A stretch of DNA of 63,394 nt, counting the filler, from Octopus bimaculoides (lineage: Eukaryota), in assembly GCF_001194135.2 (NCBI RefSeq). It is 6 parts of 6 records of this genome, joined end to end, with 100 filler letters (N's around TTAATTAATTAA, not from the genome) between each part and the next. Parts side by side here need not be neighbours in the genome. Positions count along the whole stretch, not along the records: positions 61,894 to 63,394 come from NC_068987.1; 5 more parts are not named here. One strand, 5' to 3'. The notes under the pieces were generated by a model. It ran no database searches, had not been told where the DNA came from, and saw only the letters and a list, made by a program, of their open reading frames with translations. Made by a program: the position numbers and the translations under genes. Shown here piece by piece: positions 63,090-63,394 of the stretch (position 1 is the stretch's first letter; every line of letters begins with the position of its first letter).

Positions 63090-63394
63090 TGTATGTATGT
63101 ATATATATATAAATATATAAATATATGGATAAGTACTGTTTTTACTTTGCTAAAGATTTTCTACTATTTGAAAATAATATGTATTCTTGTTTTTTATATT
63201 ATTCATTTGGTTCTTTATAGATTATTTTTAATAGATAACTTATTTAACACTAAATTATTTAGAAGTTATAGTTTCATTTCTACATAATATTAGAACTTCG
63301 ATTTGAATAGTGTTGATATATTTTCGATTATTTTTGATTGATAATATTTGATTAATAATTAGTCTTTATTGTTTATAATATCGTTAAAGGTTTT

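Noticed and set aside
63130-63394. Very AT-rich end of the window as a possible NUMT
   Set aside because: No mitochondrial gene motif holds beyond a few residues; it loosely resembles the AT-rich block near 1780

Overview
A 63-kb window of AT-rich, microsatellite-saturated, gap-rich animal DNA, intergenic or deep intronic. The repeat repertoire (tRNA-headed SINEs with internal CA/TA tracts, Penelope-like elements, Dong/R4, Chapaev) looks cephalopod, probably Octopus; this is inference from recalled repeat families, not a database result. I cannot support any intact host protein-coding gene, only weak candidate micro-exons, and nearly all listed ORFs are microsatellite or N-gap artefacts. The recognisable content is transposon debris. 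DNA elements: a P-element-like relic interrupted by a solo LTR with a 5-bp TSD, mariner DD34D and DD37D fragments, a Tc1/mariner MITE, a MULE relic, a Chapaev3-type element with an intact left end, and a 1.7-kb foldback element whose arms contain SINE pieces. Retroelements: CR1 fragments, a Dong/R4 RT fragment with an open frame beside (TAA)n, a Penelope GIY-YIG fragment, and many copies of at least three SINE families (labelled A, B, C here). The most interesting signal is structural: four dispersed minimal type I hammerhead-ribozyme-like motifs of the Penelope-associated kind, several followed by a T-rich tail running into a microsatellite, plus large palindromes or foldbacks that carry partial hammerhead cores. 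All translations and folds were done by eye.
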